Positions 33,077-46,100 of a stretch of DNA of 64,000 bases are shown piece after piece (position 1 is the stretch's first letter; each line of letters begins with the position of its first letter). This DNA comes from Diplonema japonicum (lineage: Eukaryota; Protista; Euglenozoa: Diplonemea). The position numbers and the translations under genes are program-made. The notes beneath the pieces were generated by a model. It searched no databases and was not told the origin of the DNA. It saw only the letters and a program-made list of their open reading frames with translations. The stretch is taken from assembly GCA_964019335.1 (NCBI GenBank), contig OZ025687.1, positions 434,001-498,000 on the forward strand, written 5' to 3'.

Positions 33077-36000
33077 ATGTTGGCCTTAAAATGGCTGAAC
33101 GAAATAGGGCTGTTCGAAGAAAGGAAGGACACAGGGGTCCTTGTAACCTACCCGTTGGCGGTGAAAATAAACGTAGTGGAACAGGTTGTGTGTTATTTTG
33201 ACAAGGAGTACACGAAGGCTTGCAGTGGGATAACGGATCTGGCGCATTTGAAATGGACATTGGAGAGCACGGGTGCTGCCTTCACCCTCCCGCTCCCTGC
33301 CTGCGAGGAAGTTATCGCAAAAACAATTCAATTGTACAAAACATGGCTAAAAGAGCCCACGAGACGGCATCCAGTTCTTGTGGCCAACTTCACATTTCTA
33401 GCTGACGAACTTGTTAAACACCTCTCCTTGCTTTTTCAACGACGGGTCCACCCTGACTCCCAAGCCAATCGAGATATCCACGCAAAGTTATGCACTGAAG
33501 CCTTGGACCTCTTCGGCAGCCTTGGCCACCACACCAGCGTCGACTCCGGCTCACCAAGAAGATGCGGGCCCAGTGTTCCAGAGGACTTTGCACTGGGCTC
33601 CCTTGTCGAAGCTCACAGCCTTGTAAAATCCAACGAATTAAACGGGAGAATCGGTAAAGTTATAGGATACGCCGAAGGCCGTGTTCTTGTAAACTTCAGC
33701 AACATGGAACCCCACGGACTCCGTCTTGAGAACCTCAAGCGGAACGACCATTCCCTCACCCCCGACAACTGGGAAACCATCATCAAGGTCATTCTTGGTA
33801 TCTGCGATTTCACAATCAACACGGGAGCTGGTATGAAGGAGCTGGAGTACATGCTGCTGTCCATTCTATTCGAGGCATTGCTTCGCTCCAAGATCTTCTC
33901 CGACTCTCTCTGGTACACCATCTCTCGGCTGGTGGCAAACTGGACCAACTCCATGGCAACTGCTCGGCAATGGTTCGCCGCGGCAAAAGCTCTCACTCTC
34001 AGCATCCACAGTGCTATGCAGAAATCCGACGAACCCCTTGCAACCCTTGTCAAAACCCTCCCTAGTACGCGTGTGTGTATCACGTGGGAAGCGTTGCCGA
34101 AGGGGTTTCGAAAAGTGACAGAGATCGACATGACGGCTGAAGAGGCGATGATGTGCTGGCGGCGCTTCCTCCACCTTATCGGCGATCCTAACAAAATGGA
34201 GGCCAAGGTCTGCTCGCAAACAATGCAAGGCATCCGCGGCGTCTCGCTTCTCCTCTCCTACTGCGGTTGGTACACCACATCCAAAACAGCATCTCTTCTT
34301 CCCCAGCCTTCCCCCAGTGCTGAATCTCTCTTCGCGCTGATAGGCGACTGGCTCATGGGGTCCATCTTCCACCAGTCTTCCGACCCGCTGCGCAAGGATG
34401 CCAAAGCCACCGCGCTCACTATCCTTACAGACGTCTACCTGAAGCCACATCAAACCATGCCGGATTTCGCGCCGTTTCTCATGGGCTTGAAATCGTCGGC
34501 GGAACAGGCGACGGAGCCACTCACATGCGAGCAAGCAGTGGTCTACAGATACAGGGTCCTGACGGCATGCATGCGATTATTCACCTACAACATCCCTGAG
34601 CTGCACAGTTTGCTGCCGTCGTTTGTGGCGCTGCTGTCGCGGGTCATTAAGTACCCTGAGGTGCGGCGGGGTATCTCTGCCAGGTTCAGACGCGACGCGA
34701 GCATCCCTTTGCACGTCGAGGACTACGACACTGATGACGAGTTCGACGGGCTGCTTGTCGAACGGGACCCCGACATGGAGTACGCGGGCAACGGGCAGCC
34801 CATGACATTCCACAGCGACCCCGACGAGAACGACACCGACTCCCCTCACTCCCAAGACCTCCCAAAACGGAGCTCCCCAACACATAAAAACCGGGAGGGT
34901 TCGCTCCTCGACGGCTCCGACACCAAGACACGGCACGCAGGGCTCACAATGCTGGCCGCTGTGATCCCGTTCACGCTGCAGTTCTCAAGACCTCCGAAGC
35001 TTCGTTCCGATGTGCGTGTCATGTTGATGCGGGCGCTCTCGTCTGAGACGGAGCCGCGCAACCTGTCTACTGTGCTGCAGCTGTGCGTGCAGTGGATTCA
35101 CTGTGAAATGGAGCGAATCGACGTGTCGCAGCTAGCAGGCATCCCCAGCAATATGGAGACCATTGAAGAGAATGATCCCTTCTGCCAGTTGCCAGAGTCC
35201 GTTCTCGCTACAGCGGCACATATTATATCAGAGGTGCAGCTGCTTCTCGAAGGGATCCAAGGCTGGGCCCGCCAGACTGTTGAAGTCTACTTCGCAGCCA
35301 TCAAAACTATCCAGCATGGAGCGCTGCCCTTCTGTTCTAGTGTAACGAGCTGGCCTTCGCCCGAACATGGGTCGCGCGGGGCACTCCTCGCCGTGGACCC
35401 CTCGATGCCGTGCCATGTAACGTCTTCACTGGCGAAGTTTATATTATACCTCCATGGGAAGCAGAACAAGGAGTTCACGGAGGCGGGCATCAGCATGCTT
35501 TGTAACATGACGCTCTCGGCCCTGTCGGAATGGATCACGCACTGCCCGTCCATCACCTCGAACAAGGAGACCATCAAAGAAGTCATGGACGCCGTCGACA
35601 TAGCACTCGGCATGAAGAACGCGGAGTCACTGGCAGTGCCGTCCGCCGCGCTCTCTGTATTTTGGTCGTGCATGTGCAACCCGTACTACCCCCCGAACCC
35701 CGTGCCGGAACGGGCACATGTTTCGAGTACCGTATCGGAAGAGCACCTGGCGTCCTGCCAGTCGAAGCGGTACTTCGCTCTGGATGGGACGAAGATACTT
35801 ACCATCTTGAACCATACGGAAGCGAAAGAGGACGATGCACTGCTGCACAAGGGAGGCGTGACGAGCATCATACGGGATGCCTTTGGACGGCATGTATGGG
35901 ACGCGCGACTTCACCTGGGCCGTGTCGAGGGTGAGGGGGTGAGGCCCAAGCCAAACACCATGATCTCCAGACGTCACGGGATATCCTTAGGGCCCGAAAG

Positions 36001-37719
36001 GAGCAATACGGAATGTGCGCCTACGGAAAGCACATTGGAGGACGCCTTTGAACCGTTGGTCGCAGGGCTGCCCGAGGTCGAGATGGATGAGGTTGCAATG
36101 GAGATGAAAAAAATGCTGTTGGACAGCAAAGAAGAAGGGCAGGACGTGTTCGATTCCATACCGCCGATGGAAGAGCCGAAGGGACGGGAAGAGCCCGACC
36201 AAGCAAGGCTGTTCCTAACGCACCTGCAGCTGCTCACGTCATCAGAGAGGATTGTAGAGCTGAAGGACAGTCCTGACCTGCGGTCCGCGCTTGCCATGAT
36301 CGACGCAACGCCTTCTAGAGAACTGCATCGCTTCTCCGTTGTGTACCTGCACGACGAGGACGGGACGGCTAGTCTGCAGGATCTCGGCGTGGAGTGGTAT
36401 TTATCGCAGGACAGCAAAGGCTTCAACTCCCCTGAACTTCCTAACCTTTCCGACTTCACGGGTTTTATCGGCGGGCTCGGGTGGCCTATTGACCCATCTG
36501 AGCACCCCCAGGCCTACTCGGGCGGCTCCGTGGGGGAGAAATGGAGACGGCAACGTCTCCCTTACTACGCAGACACGCAATGCGAAGCCGTGTGGGCCGT
36601 GTCCGCCGCGACACCTTCGTCGCTTGAGAAGATATTGGAAAGCCATTCTGGTGAGAGGTGGGAAGACAAGACCCCTGTCAGGATAATATGGAACGACACA
36701 GCTACAGAGGTCAACCCGAGCGCGCTGAGTGGGTGCGTTGTGGAGGAGCTGGAGCGGTACGTACCCACCTTTTCTTGTACCTTAACCTTTCACACACACT
36801 GACAGGCAGCTTCCCTCATGGACACCCCGCCGGTCACGAACGCTCGATTTCATCGTGCAACCCCTTGCGCATAACCTTGTCTCGATACGTGTGGTGCTTC
36901 CTTTGGATAATGATAGGTTTGGAAAGTAGGGGGGGTGTTGAAACTTTAAACGCGACAGATGGCGATCGCTGCTTCCCGCCTCGTCCTTCGACCCTTCGGT
37001 GTGGCATTCACCTGTGCTGGATGGGACGGTGTGTATTGTTTTAAATGAAAAGGGAAAAAAAAAAAAAAAAGGTCGTGTCGTTGGCAACACTGCCGGCGAT
37101 ACTCAGGCAAGCGGGGGTCACTGCTTCGCAAGCTTTCCGCAGCCACTGGCAGGGCGTCTTTAAAGAACGTGCGGTGTCGCAGAGGATGGGCCGGAATTCA
37201 ATGGTATCCCCTCCCCCCGTCCCGTCCATTAAAAAAAAAAAAAAAAAATAGGATATCCAGAAACAGAACTTCACATACACCGCACCTATTCTAACACGAG
37301 CGCTGCTCCTTCATAGATATTGCAGTATCTTAGATACGGTCACGGGGGTTCCTGAGGAGTCGTTGGGGGTGGAAAGAGTATGCTTTTTTTTTCTCTTTTT
37401 TTTTTCTCTCTTTAAATTTGCATACCCATTTTCAAAACAGTTTTCGGAGGGTACTCGTGTGTCATGCATACGTTACATCGATCTGAAAAGCGGTAAGAGG
37501 CTGCAGCCTGGGTACAAGGGGGTCATTTCCAGGGTGATCGACCCTTCGGAGTGGACAGGCGTGAAACTAGAAATCTACTTCGATGTGGGAGTCCTTTACG
37601 ATGCTCGTCTGGGCACAGACGTGGTGCTTGAACCTGCAGAGCCGTTCCCTTGGAATTCTTGGAGGGATACGACTAGGTGCGTCACGACGGACTTAGCGGC
37701 GATGCTGGTGCATCAATAG
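33077..37719 (+). CDS. RalGAP-beta-like (RapGAP-fold) protein; predicted introns 36757-36805, 36917-36958, 37029-37071, 37204-37251, 37378-37440
   Basis: N-terminal LKWTLE...FTLPL...TIQLYKTWL, IIRDAFGRHVW, ARLFLTHL, IDATPSRELHRFSVVY and FIGGLGWPID. The spliced tail gives PVLDGTVVS...LRQ. The true start may lie in an upstream exon. Confidence 0.75.
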
Positions 37720-37721
37720 CA

Positions 37722-37776
<55 letters not shown>

Positions 37777-37825
37777 CCCTTCCCCTTTTTTTCTTTCAAA
37801 AAAAAGGGGGGGGGGGTGAAACAAA

Positions 37826-38494
37826 ATGTTCCGAGTCCTAGGAGGGGCTAAGTCCCCGTTATCCAATTTCAAAAAATTAACCGCCACCCAAGCGCGATGG
37901 GTGGGTGTCACCACCCTGCACATGTTCAAGGGTAGGGGTATGAACATCACAGGAAGGACCTCTGTTATGCACAATACGAGAATTCAGAGGATTCCTGGTA
38001 TGAAAAATGCGGGCACGTTCATCAACCTTGGCCCCATGGGGACTAACACCTTTATCGGTGTGAGGAGCTTTGAGAGCCTTGCTGAGAGTCCCTACAAGAA
38101 ATATGGAAAGGAACGGTATCCTCGGTTATTGGGGCAGGAGTACCAAAAGGCCATTGTGAACAAACTGATGATCAAGAAGCCAAGACGACCTAACTCCGGT
38201 AAGGTTCTTGCCTGTTCCGTGTCGTTCAGAAAACCCTCATTCCGAACTGGTGAACCTGTGGCAACAAGGGTATGCGGGAAAAAAAAAAAAAGGATATAAA
38301 AATAACAACAGCTTCACGCACATATAGGAGTCAAGAGTACACCCCTTAGAGAGTACTCGGTGGTTCAGGTGGGGAAGAAACATAAGCGAGGTCTTACTAC
38401 GAAATATTTCTGTAAATGGGGTAAATACGATTTCCCTGCCAAAGTAGAGGCCAGAATGCAGCTACGAAAATTCGAAGGGAAGATGGGGTATTGA
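37826..38494 (+). CDS. MRPS12: Nucleus-encoded mitochondrial ribosomal protein uS12m; join(37826-38269,38312-38494)
   Basis: KPRRPNSG resembles the S12 PKKPNSA loop. The spliced part HAHIG...LREYSVVQV...KY...GKYD matches the S12 C-terminal half. The N-terminus is a basic, presequence-like extension. Confidence 0.75.
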
Positions 38495-38653
38495 TTTTTG
38501 TGTTGTCTACGGGAAAAAAAAAAAAAAAAAAAAAAAAGAGAAGAAAAAAAAAAGTGTCCCTTCGTTTTTTTTTTTTTTTTTTTCTTCTTCCCAAAAAAAA
38601 AGGGGGGGAGGGAACCAAAGGGAAAAAAGGAGGGGAAAAAAAAAAAAAAAACA

Positions 38654-38996
38654 ATGGCGACAAAATCAAGAATGCCGCTTCTCATGGGGCGTGCGCCCTT
38701 GGTGCATCGTTCTGGTATAAATAACGCAGCGAAATTTGGTGCTTTTAAGCGAACGAGACCCATTGGCGGCGGTGGTGCGTACAGTGACTGTCCGTACCCG
38801 TATGTGAAGCTCCCTTACAACCCTGTGACCGCCATGGAATTGCCTTGGGAGTTGAAATCGGCGATAGTTGCATGCTTTTTCTCGATTTGCATTCTCTTTA
38901 TGCCGCACGTGGCGTACCCAAGAGATGACTTCTTTTTCTGGGCGAAGAACGAAGCATTTAGAAGGAGGAGAGAAAGGAAGGAACGACAGGTTTTTA

Positions 38997-39042
<46 letters not shown>

Positions 39043-39143
39043 AGGAAATGACTTACCTGAACATAGACGAAGACGACGTGGACCCTAAGCTGGTTCAGGA
39101 GATTGAAAGACTTTATGTTAAAGGTAGAAAGTGCACTAATTAG
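38654..39143 (+). CDS. Mitochondrial complex I NDUFB11/ESSS-like subunit; join(38654-38989,39045-39143)
   Basis: Basic presequence, a single TM helix, then WAKNEAFRR (ESSS-type WAxxEAxRR); poly(A) intron at 38990-39044. Confidence 0.6.
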
Positions 39144-39412
39144 GCACACCTCAGGGGGGGGGGGGGGGGGGGAGGACGCGAACTTGTTTATATATTTCTT
39201 TTGAAGTGTTTCCCTTTTTTTTTCTTTTCTTTTTTTCTTTTCTCCCCCCAAGTGTACGTACTACCACGATTTTTTTTCATCCCCCTACCCCCCTTTTTTT
39301 TGCTTGTCCTCTTTTTTTTTTTTTTTTTCCAAGCATCATGGGTGGCGTGTTAATCATCCCCTCTTTTCATATCTTAGGAACACATCAAACAGGACGAAAA
39401 AAAAAAAAAAAA

Positions 39413-40631
39413 ATGCCCAATTTTATTCCACAAGTAGTAGTATGTATTGCAGTGTTTGCAGGGTGTGCCGGTGCACAGGATTTATGTATGGTTTAATCGA
39501 AACAGAGAAAAAGAAAAAGAAAAAGAAAACGAGAAAAAAAATCAACAGCCTGTCAAAGCTTCGAGTGCCCCGATGGTAGGACAGTGACAACAGACATGTC
39601 ACGATTGTGTCCTGATAAAAATGTATGCCGCCAATTTAAAAAAAAAAAAAAAAAAAAAAAACCAGGAAACAAGCGGCGACTGTGCACTGACAACAACAAA
39701 CGTTGAGACCTGTTGCCCCGAAGGTGTCAAGCAGACGTCCCTCTTGAACATTGAAGATGACTGGAGGCCGGTGATCTCCGCCAACGTCTGCGGGGCACTG
39801 CCTCTGGGCATCGTGATCGCCGTGGCAATATGGAGCTTAAAATCGATAAATTCAAAAGAGGACGAAGAGCTCAAAAACCTGGAACACAACGTCCTCCTGT
39901 TCGAGGAAATGGAACAAGAATCCATTCGCAGAAGCTACAGGTCAAGCATGTTCATGAACAGCACAAGGAGAAAGAGCATGAGAATGAGATGCAGCGCACC
40001 AATGTCCTCCATCACAGGGTTCGGCCGTCCATTACTACTGTCCATCCACAAGACAGGCGGATCGGACCTCGGCTTCGCCATAGAATCCATGGTGGTGGTA
40101 ACTGTCGAACCAGACAGCCCTGCAGACCGCGCTGGTGTGACGAGAGGAATGCAGGTGAAGAAGGTGAACGATATCCCTGTGACGTCATCAAGCATCGCGG
40201 AAACTATTAAAAATGCGCCAGAACATTTCACGCTGACGGTCCTCATCAAGGAAGGTGCCGCACGAGAGGGCACTGATTACTTATCAACAGTCCGCTCAAA
40301 TGGTTCCATGACCAACGCTGGTTCCACTATGGCGTCATTCCGCAACTCCCGTCTTGTCCGCATCCGTCTCGAGAAGGGCGAAGGTAGCGTCCTCGGTATG
40401 CAGCTCACAGGGCTCGATGTCACCTCTCTTAAACCCGGCGGGATCGCCGAGTCAGCTGGCGTCAAGATCGGCATGCAAGTCAGCACCGTGAACAGCCAAA
40501 AGGCGACCATCACCAACGTCACCAAGCTGGTCGCCAATGCCCCGCCATCCTTCCTCGTCGACTTTGTTCAGGAGTTCCACTTCGCCGACGAGGACGTGAC
40601 CTACGGGTCCATGGAACCCCTCAGGGAGTAG
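39413..40631 (+). CDS. Single-pass membrane protein with Cys-rich ectodomain and two cytosolic PDZ domains; join(39413-39485,39549-39622,39666-40631)
   Basis: Signal peptide and TM helix. PDZ motifs DLGFAI...DSPADRAGV..GMQV and VLGMQL...GGIAESAGV..GMQV. Two GT-AG introns keep the frame open. Confidence 0.8.
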
Positions 40632-40859
40632 AAAAAAAAAAAAAAAAGAGGGGGGAAAAAAAGGGTCTCCTTATTTCTTCTTTTTTTTTTCTCGTTGTTC
40701 TCTCTTCTTTGTTTTATTATACATCTGGACCTAGTAGTGGGTCCGGGACGTAGAGAGCCCTTTCTGCCCCGTGCTTCACCAGTCTTTATTGTTATTCCTT
40801 GCCTATATCTCATTGACGCTTCCCCCTGCACGCGCCAGCTCACCACAGGTACACAGCAC

Positions 40860-43040
40860 ATGGGCACAGTTCACGAGATCGACGATGTGCTAGACACCGT
40901 GCGGGACATCTCGGGACTCCTCAAGCAGTGCATCGAGAACGAGAAGCGAAAGAAAAGCGAGTTCGATAGGCAAGCCGATCCGCTGGAAAGGCGGTATGCG
41001 GAGCTTGAGGTGCAGCAGGCAAGCCTTCGGGACGAGTTGGAGCGGTTGGAAGCTGAGCTGGAGGACGTAGCGGTGGAGCAGACATCGCTGAAAAGGCAAC
41101 AGGCATCATTAACAGAGATGGAGCACAAGCTACGGAGCATCGAGAGGAACGGAAGTACGGTAGCGATGGTACACGACTTAGGAGACTTGGAGGAGACTCT
41201 GCGGATGTTGGAAGACAGGTTACTGTTGCTGGAAGACGAGGCTCAAGGGTCGTGGGTGTCGCAGACTGCCATGGACACATCAACGTTTCTCTCAAGCCCC
41301 CGCAGGGGTGGGTGCGCTAAGCCCCATGAGGCATATGCTGCCAACGTGACCAAAGAGAGCACAACTGCTCTCCTAAGCTACATCGAATCGCAGTACACCA
41401 CCAAGCCGGGCTCCGTCCTTGACGAACTCATCGAGAATCTCGTCGGCACGCACCCTAAGAATTCCTCCGCGCACATTAAGGACACGCTCATCCGCTTGGC
41501 GTACGGCGCGCGTGCCCTCCGTGCACGTCCCTCTGTACAGGCGCACGAGCCTACCAGAAACCTGCATTCCATCGAGCTTCTTATATTGTGGCTTTACACG
41601 GCACATGGTGCGGACATCGACGGCTTGATGGGTTTTGAAGTCCCCGATGTAGCCAACAAGAAGGCGTGGGCTGCGTACCTTAAGCGGTACGCGACGATGG
41701 AATCGGAGGGGCGGAAGCGTAACGGGTGCGTGTTCTCTGAGGTGAACTGGGCCATGCGGGAGCTGGGGAAGGGCGGCAACAGCTCGCCGCCGATCCAAGC
41801 TGAGCAGACCATATACAAATGGGTGAAGTTTATCACAGTGCTGACGAACCTGACAGCGCGACACAGCGTCGCGAACGAACAATGCGGCACAGACGCACTG
41901 TACAGAGGGTTCGGAGGGCAGAGCGATGACGCTTATGAATCAATGACACGCCATGGTGCTTTGGTGTGGCCAGCATTCTCGTCATGTGCGTTGGACCGCT
42001 CTGTTTCTGTGTCGTACATAGACGGGACGGCTGCGAACGCTTCTGCGAAGGAGGGCGGAGCGGTGCTGTTCACCATCAACACGTTTACAAACGGCTTCCC
42101 GTTGTGGCACATCAGTCAGTACCCCGACGAAAAGGAGCTCCTCCTCCCTCCTTTGGTGTCCTTTGAGGTGCTCGCTTCAACGGAGTCAGACGAGCTACGC
42201 TTCAAATGCCTCAAAAGCCTCCGAAAACAAGGCAAATCCACCCTCGCACAAGACGTAAAGGCATCCATTGTAACGCTTAAAATGGATGGCAGCCGTGCGT
42301 CGGCATTGAACGCATCGCTGAATCACTGCGGAAAGGAGTGTTCGAAGGTGGAGGCACGGTTCAAAGCGATTCTAGACGGGGTGGATGAAATCGCAGCGCC
42401 GGACTTAATTAACGATCTGCGGGAGAAGAAACGGGAGGCGGACGCCAAGTTGAGGAATCTGACGTACTCCCGAGACAAGCTGAGGCAGAAGATAGGCGAG
42501 AAAAACTGCTTGCGCGTAGAGCAGGCCTTGCACGAGGACCAGAAGGCCGGGTTAGATGAACGGTTGGAAACGCTTCAAACGATGCTGTGCAACGAAGAAG
42601 AGGAGCTGATAAAACTTCCAGAACGGACGATGAAATACGGCAAAGACCTGACGACTGCCATGTTGTACCTAAAGGGTTTGGTCGTGAATCTTGCAACAGA
42701 CTGGAGGTTCATCAAGGAGATCTTCAAGACCTACGGGGGAGAAGCTGCAGCCGAAGGCATCATCGTAGCGTTCACACACATCAAAAACCTGATCCAATCC
42801 GAATACGGCGAGCAGCCTGCTGACACTCGATGGCACCTCCACTTTGCTTCTGAAGTAGCTGTGTCTCCCTACAGCCAAGACGACCTTGTGTCGGCGATGA
42901 AACAGCTCGTCGTCTGCTACGATATGCTCCCATCGAACTTCGACCAAAATCGCATCCCTTACAAGGAAATCACGCTCAATGTAGACATCTTGTGTGAGGT
43001 GTACACCACGTCCCTCGCTGGGTTACGGGGCCTGTACTGA
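40860..43040 (+). CDS. Coiled-coil protein with a central R-S-E type mono-ADP-ribosyltransferase domain
   Basis: LYRG, FSSC and SQYPDEKELLLPP motifs, flanked by heptad-rich segments. Confidence 0.8.
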   Translation: MGTVHEIDDVLDTVRDISGLLKQCIENEKRKKSEFDRQADPLERRYAELEVQQASLRDELERLEAELEDVAVEQTSLKRQQASLTEMEHKLRSIERNGSTVAMVHDLGDLEETLRMLEDRLLLLEDEAQGSWVSQTAMDTSTFLSSPRRGGCAKPHEAYAANVTKESTTALLSYIESQYTTKPGSVLDELIENLVGTHPKNSSAHIKDTLIRLAYGARALRARPSVQAHEPTRNLHSIELLILWLYTAHGADIDGLMGFEVPDVANKKAWAAYLKRYATMESEGRKRNGCVFSEVNWAMRELGKGGNSSPPIQAEQTIYKWVKFITVLTNLTARHSVANEQCGTDALYRGFGGQSDDAYESMTRHGALVWPAFSSCALDRSVSVSYIDGTAANASAKEGGAVLFTINTFTNGFPLWHISQYPDEKELLLPPLVSFEVLASTESDELRFKCLKSLRKQGKSTLAQDVKASIVTLKMDGSRASALNASLNHCGKECSKVEARFKAILDGVDEIAAPDLINDLREKKREADAKLRNLTYSRDKLRQKIGEKNCLRVEQALHEDQKAGLDERLETLQTMLCNEEEELIKLPERTMKYGKDLTTAMLYLKGLVVNLATDWRFIKEIFKTYGGEAAAEGIIVAFTHIKNLIQSEYGEQPADTRWHLHFASEVAVSPYSQDDLVSAMKQLVVCYDMLPSNFDQNRIPYKEITLNVDILCEVYTTSLAGLRGLY

Positions 43041-43084
43041 AAATTTTGTAGTTTCCCCCCTTTTTTTCTGTATTGTACATTTTA

Positions 43085-43115
<31 letters not shown>

Positions 43116-43189
43116 CTTCTTCTTTTTTTTTCCCCCATGTGTTGCTTTAAAAAAGAAAAAAAAAAACACAATCAGGGACGGGAGGGGGC

Positions 43190-46100
43190 ATGGTGCCCGG
43201 CGTACACTCAGATGCCACTACTCTGGAGCTCATCGCGCTGCTGTTGGACAAGGCGCTACTCATCACAAGAGGGCGGCAAAGAATCGAAGAGAGGAGCCCT
43301 GCGGCAAAAGCGTATAAGGAAATGGCGCGATTGTTCATAAGGGTAGCTGTTTTCGAAGTGGACACAAGGGTGGAAGGAAACCAGCCAGAAGATTTTCAAG
43401 ACCAATGGAAAGCAGTGAGGGGGTGTCTGCTTCTGATGGCGAAGAAAGGCAAGCATTCGACATGTCCCGCAGGGGCCGGGTGTCTTTTACGAAACGACCG
43501 ACCGGAGGCAACCGTGGTAAAATTCGCAGAAGTACGAAGAGCGCTGATCGATGCGTACGGTGAAGAGCCACATGTTGTGTCCCTGTATCCGGAGCAGAAA
43601 AACCCAATAAAAAAGTTTAAAACACCTGATAACTTTGCATATTGGTGGCGGGCTGTCTTGATGACAATAGCAATTCTCGTATACATCGGCGCGTACGAGA
43701 TTATTGCAGACCCGAAGAACATAACACAGGTGGTGCCCCCAGTCACGATATTCATCCTGACGTGCGTGGCCATCACATCTCAGACCACAAGTACGGCCTG
43801 TTATTCGCTGTTGCTCGCACCGTCCCCTTCGATGGGTGTGCATGCTTTCCTTCTCACCCCATGCTGGTTGATCCTGCTCCAAGAAACATCAGACGTCAGA
43901 ATACGAACTTTGTCCTGTGTAGTGTGGATGCTCACTGGGGTGGCCTACGCGGTGTGGAGCAAAATGAATGACGGGCTGATCCTTGCGTTGATGTCTGTAG
44001 TTTTACTGTTTCTCACAATGTCGGTGGGGTTCAGAGAGGAGGCGACGAAGAGACTGGTTAAGATGTCAGAGGCTGGGATTTTTTATAAGTCGGTTATGGG
44101 GAAATACCTATACGGGATCGACTTCACGTCGTCCGCTGATTTGATTACAGTCCGGTCGGAGCTTGCACAGGAAGCCACGGCTATGGCGTCGATCGTGGGC
44201 AAGATCAACACCCTCACAGTAGCGCCGGAACTGTCTGCAGAGCTGGACACGTTGTCTTCAATTGTGAATAGAATCCAGAACTCTTGCTCCACGTCTGCGC
44301 GGGACCATTGTGACGATAGAAGCGACGCGGAATCAAGCGAACTGATCACACCCACAGCCCCTGCAGCCGCCGTCTCCCCCGGGTCGCCGCCTCCATTCAC
44401 CCTCACTGTCGACAAGATGAAACAAATCTACATGACCGCCAAGGGCGGCCCCGACCAAGAGGTACCGCGGTGTTCGGATCTGGCAACGCAGATACGTCAG
44501 AACGACGGGATCAGGTCCATCCTGTTGCTCCCCCCGGAGATTTTGGAAGCGAGAAATCTAACCGGGATTGATCGGTCGATCGAAACGATGCTGTTCCGCC
44601 TCGACGAGATGGACACAGAACGGATACCCTGCGAACAGTTCGTCACTATGCTCCCGGAAACGTTTACAGCCCCCGCGGTGGCCAGACGGGGGAGCGGCAG
44701 GTCACGAGGAGAAAGCGTGCATTCAAACCGATCGTTGACACCCTCAAACGGGTCTCGCCACCGGGGGTTGACTCCCACTGGGAAAAAATCACATAAGTTC
44801 ACACGGACCATCTCAGTAACATCAGGGTACTCCGATCGAAGCCAGCGGAACGACACCATCACAAGTTTCGACCTCCATCTCCGAGACTGCCCCAACCGGA
44901 CAGACATACGATGCCCTGTAACACATGAAATGGACAGCCACCTAGGCGTTGTTGTTCTTGACTCCGACACAACTGACATCGGTACTATCCTTTCATGGAA
45001 CCATTACATGGAGTCGACGACAGCGTTGAAAGCAGCGGAGGTGGAAGGCATTGCCTTCTACACACTGCTGACCAACGAGAGGGAGCAGCTCAACGTCAGC
45101 AGCGTCATCAACGCAGTTCTGAATAAACAAGAAGAACCGTGCGACAACCTGACCCTGTCATTCATAAGAAAGGACGGCGACAGAGTAATGTACACTGTCA
45201 CAGTTGTCCCAACATATTCAGGAAGAGTCACGGACTCACCAAACGGTGTGGTCTTACTGTGCACCATGAAGGTCCAGGACCAAGGTTCGAAGACCAAGCT
45301 CATTGAGTGGTTGGTTGATCATATCCGGCATCCTTTGGTCACGGTGCATGCTTCTGTGAAGAGGCACCGGAAGGCGGTCTTGAACAGCCGGGCGACACAG
45401 CAGGACACGATTACCGTGCTGGACTACCTTTCGAGCCAAACCAAAAAACTGTTGGCGTTGGCGAAGCAGCTCAAACCCCTGGCGTCGATAACACTGTCGC
45501 AGCACCCGATGGCATTCGGGGCCACCCTGTCCGGCATCATCGCAGACCACCAAACCGCGGCAAAGCTTAAGAATATAAAACTACGCTTGGACGTCGACTC
45601 CGCGATGCCGTCTGTGGTAATGTCCCCCACTTTCTTTTTTTTAAAAAAAAAATCAGATATACACCGATTCCGAGAAGCTTTCTGACTCAATTTCGTACCT
45701 TATTTTCGGTGCCATTGAGCACAGCCGAGCAGGGGGTTCTGTACTGGTAACAGTGATGCGTGAGAAAGAAGATCAGGACACTGTGGGGACGCTTATTATA
45801 AAGGTCAAGGACAGCGGTGAAGGTGTTGAACAGGAAAAGCTCAAAACGATGTTCCAGCCTGGGAGGCTGTGGCAAGGCGACGCGACGGGGACGGAGGTCG
45901 ACTGGGACCTCGGAATGTGCAATGTGAAAATCGTAATCGAAGAGATGGGGGGCCTGCTCGACGTGGAGAGCACGCTCGGCGTCGGCACAGAGTTTTCAAT
46001 CTACCTCCCGCTCGTCCCCGTAGAGGGCGCAGCGAAGGAAGTAATGAGCAATGAGACAACCGGCACAACACGCTACACGTGCGTGGTCATGGAATCAAAC

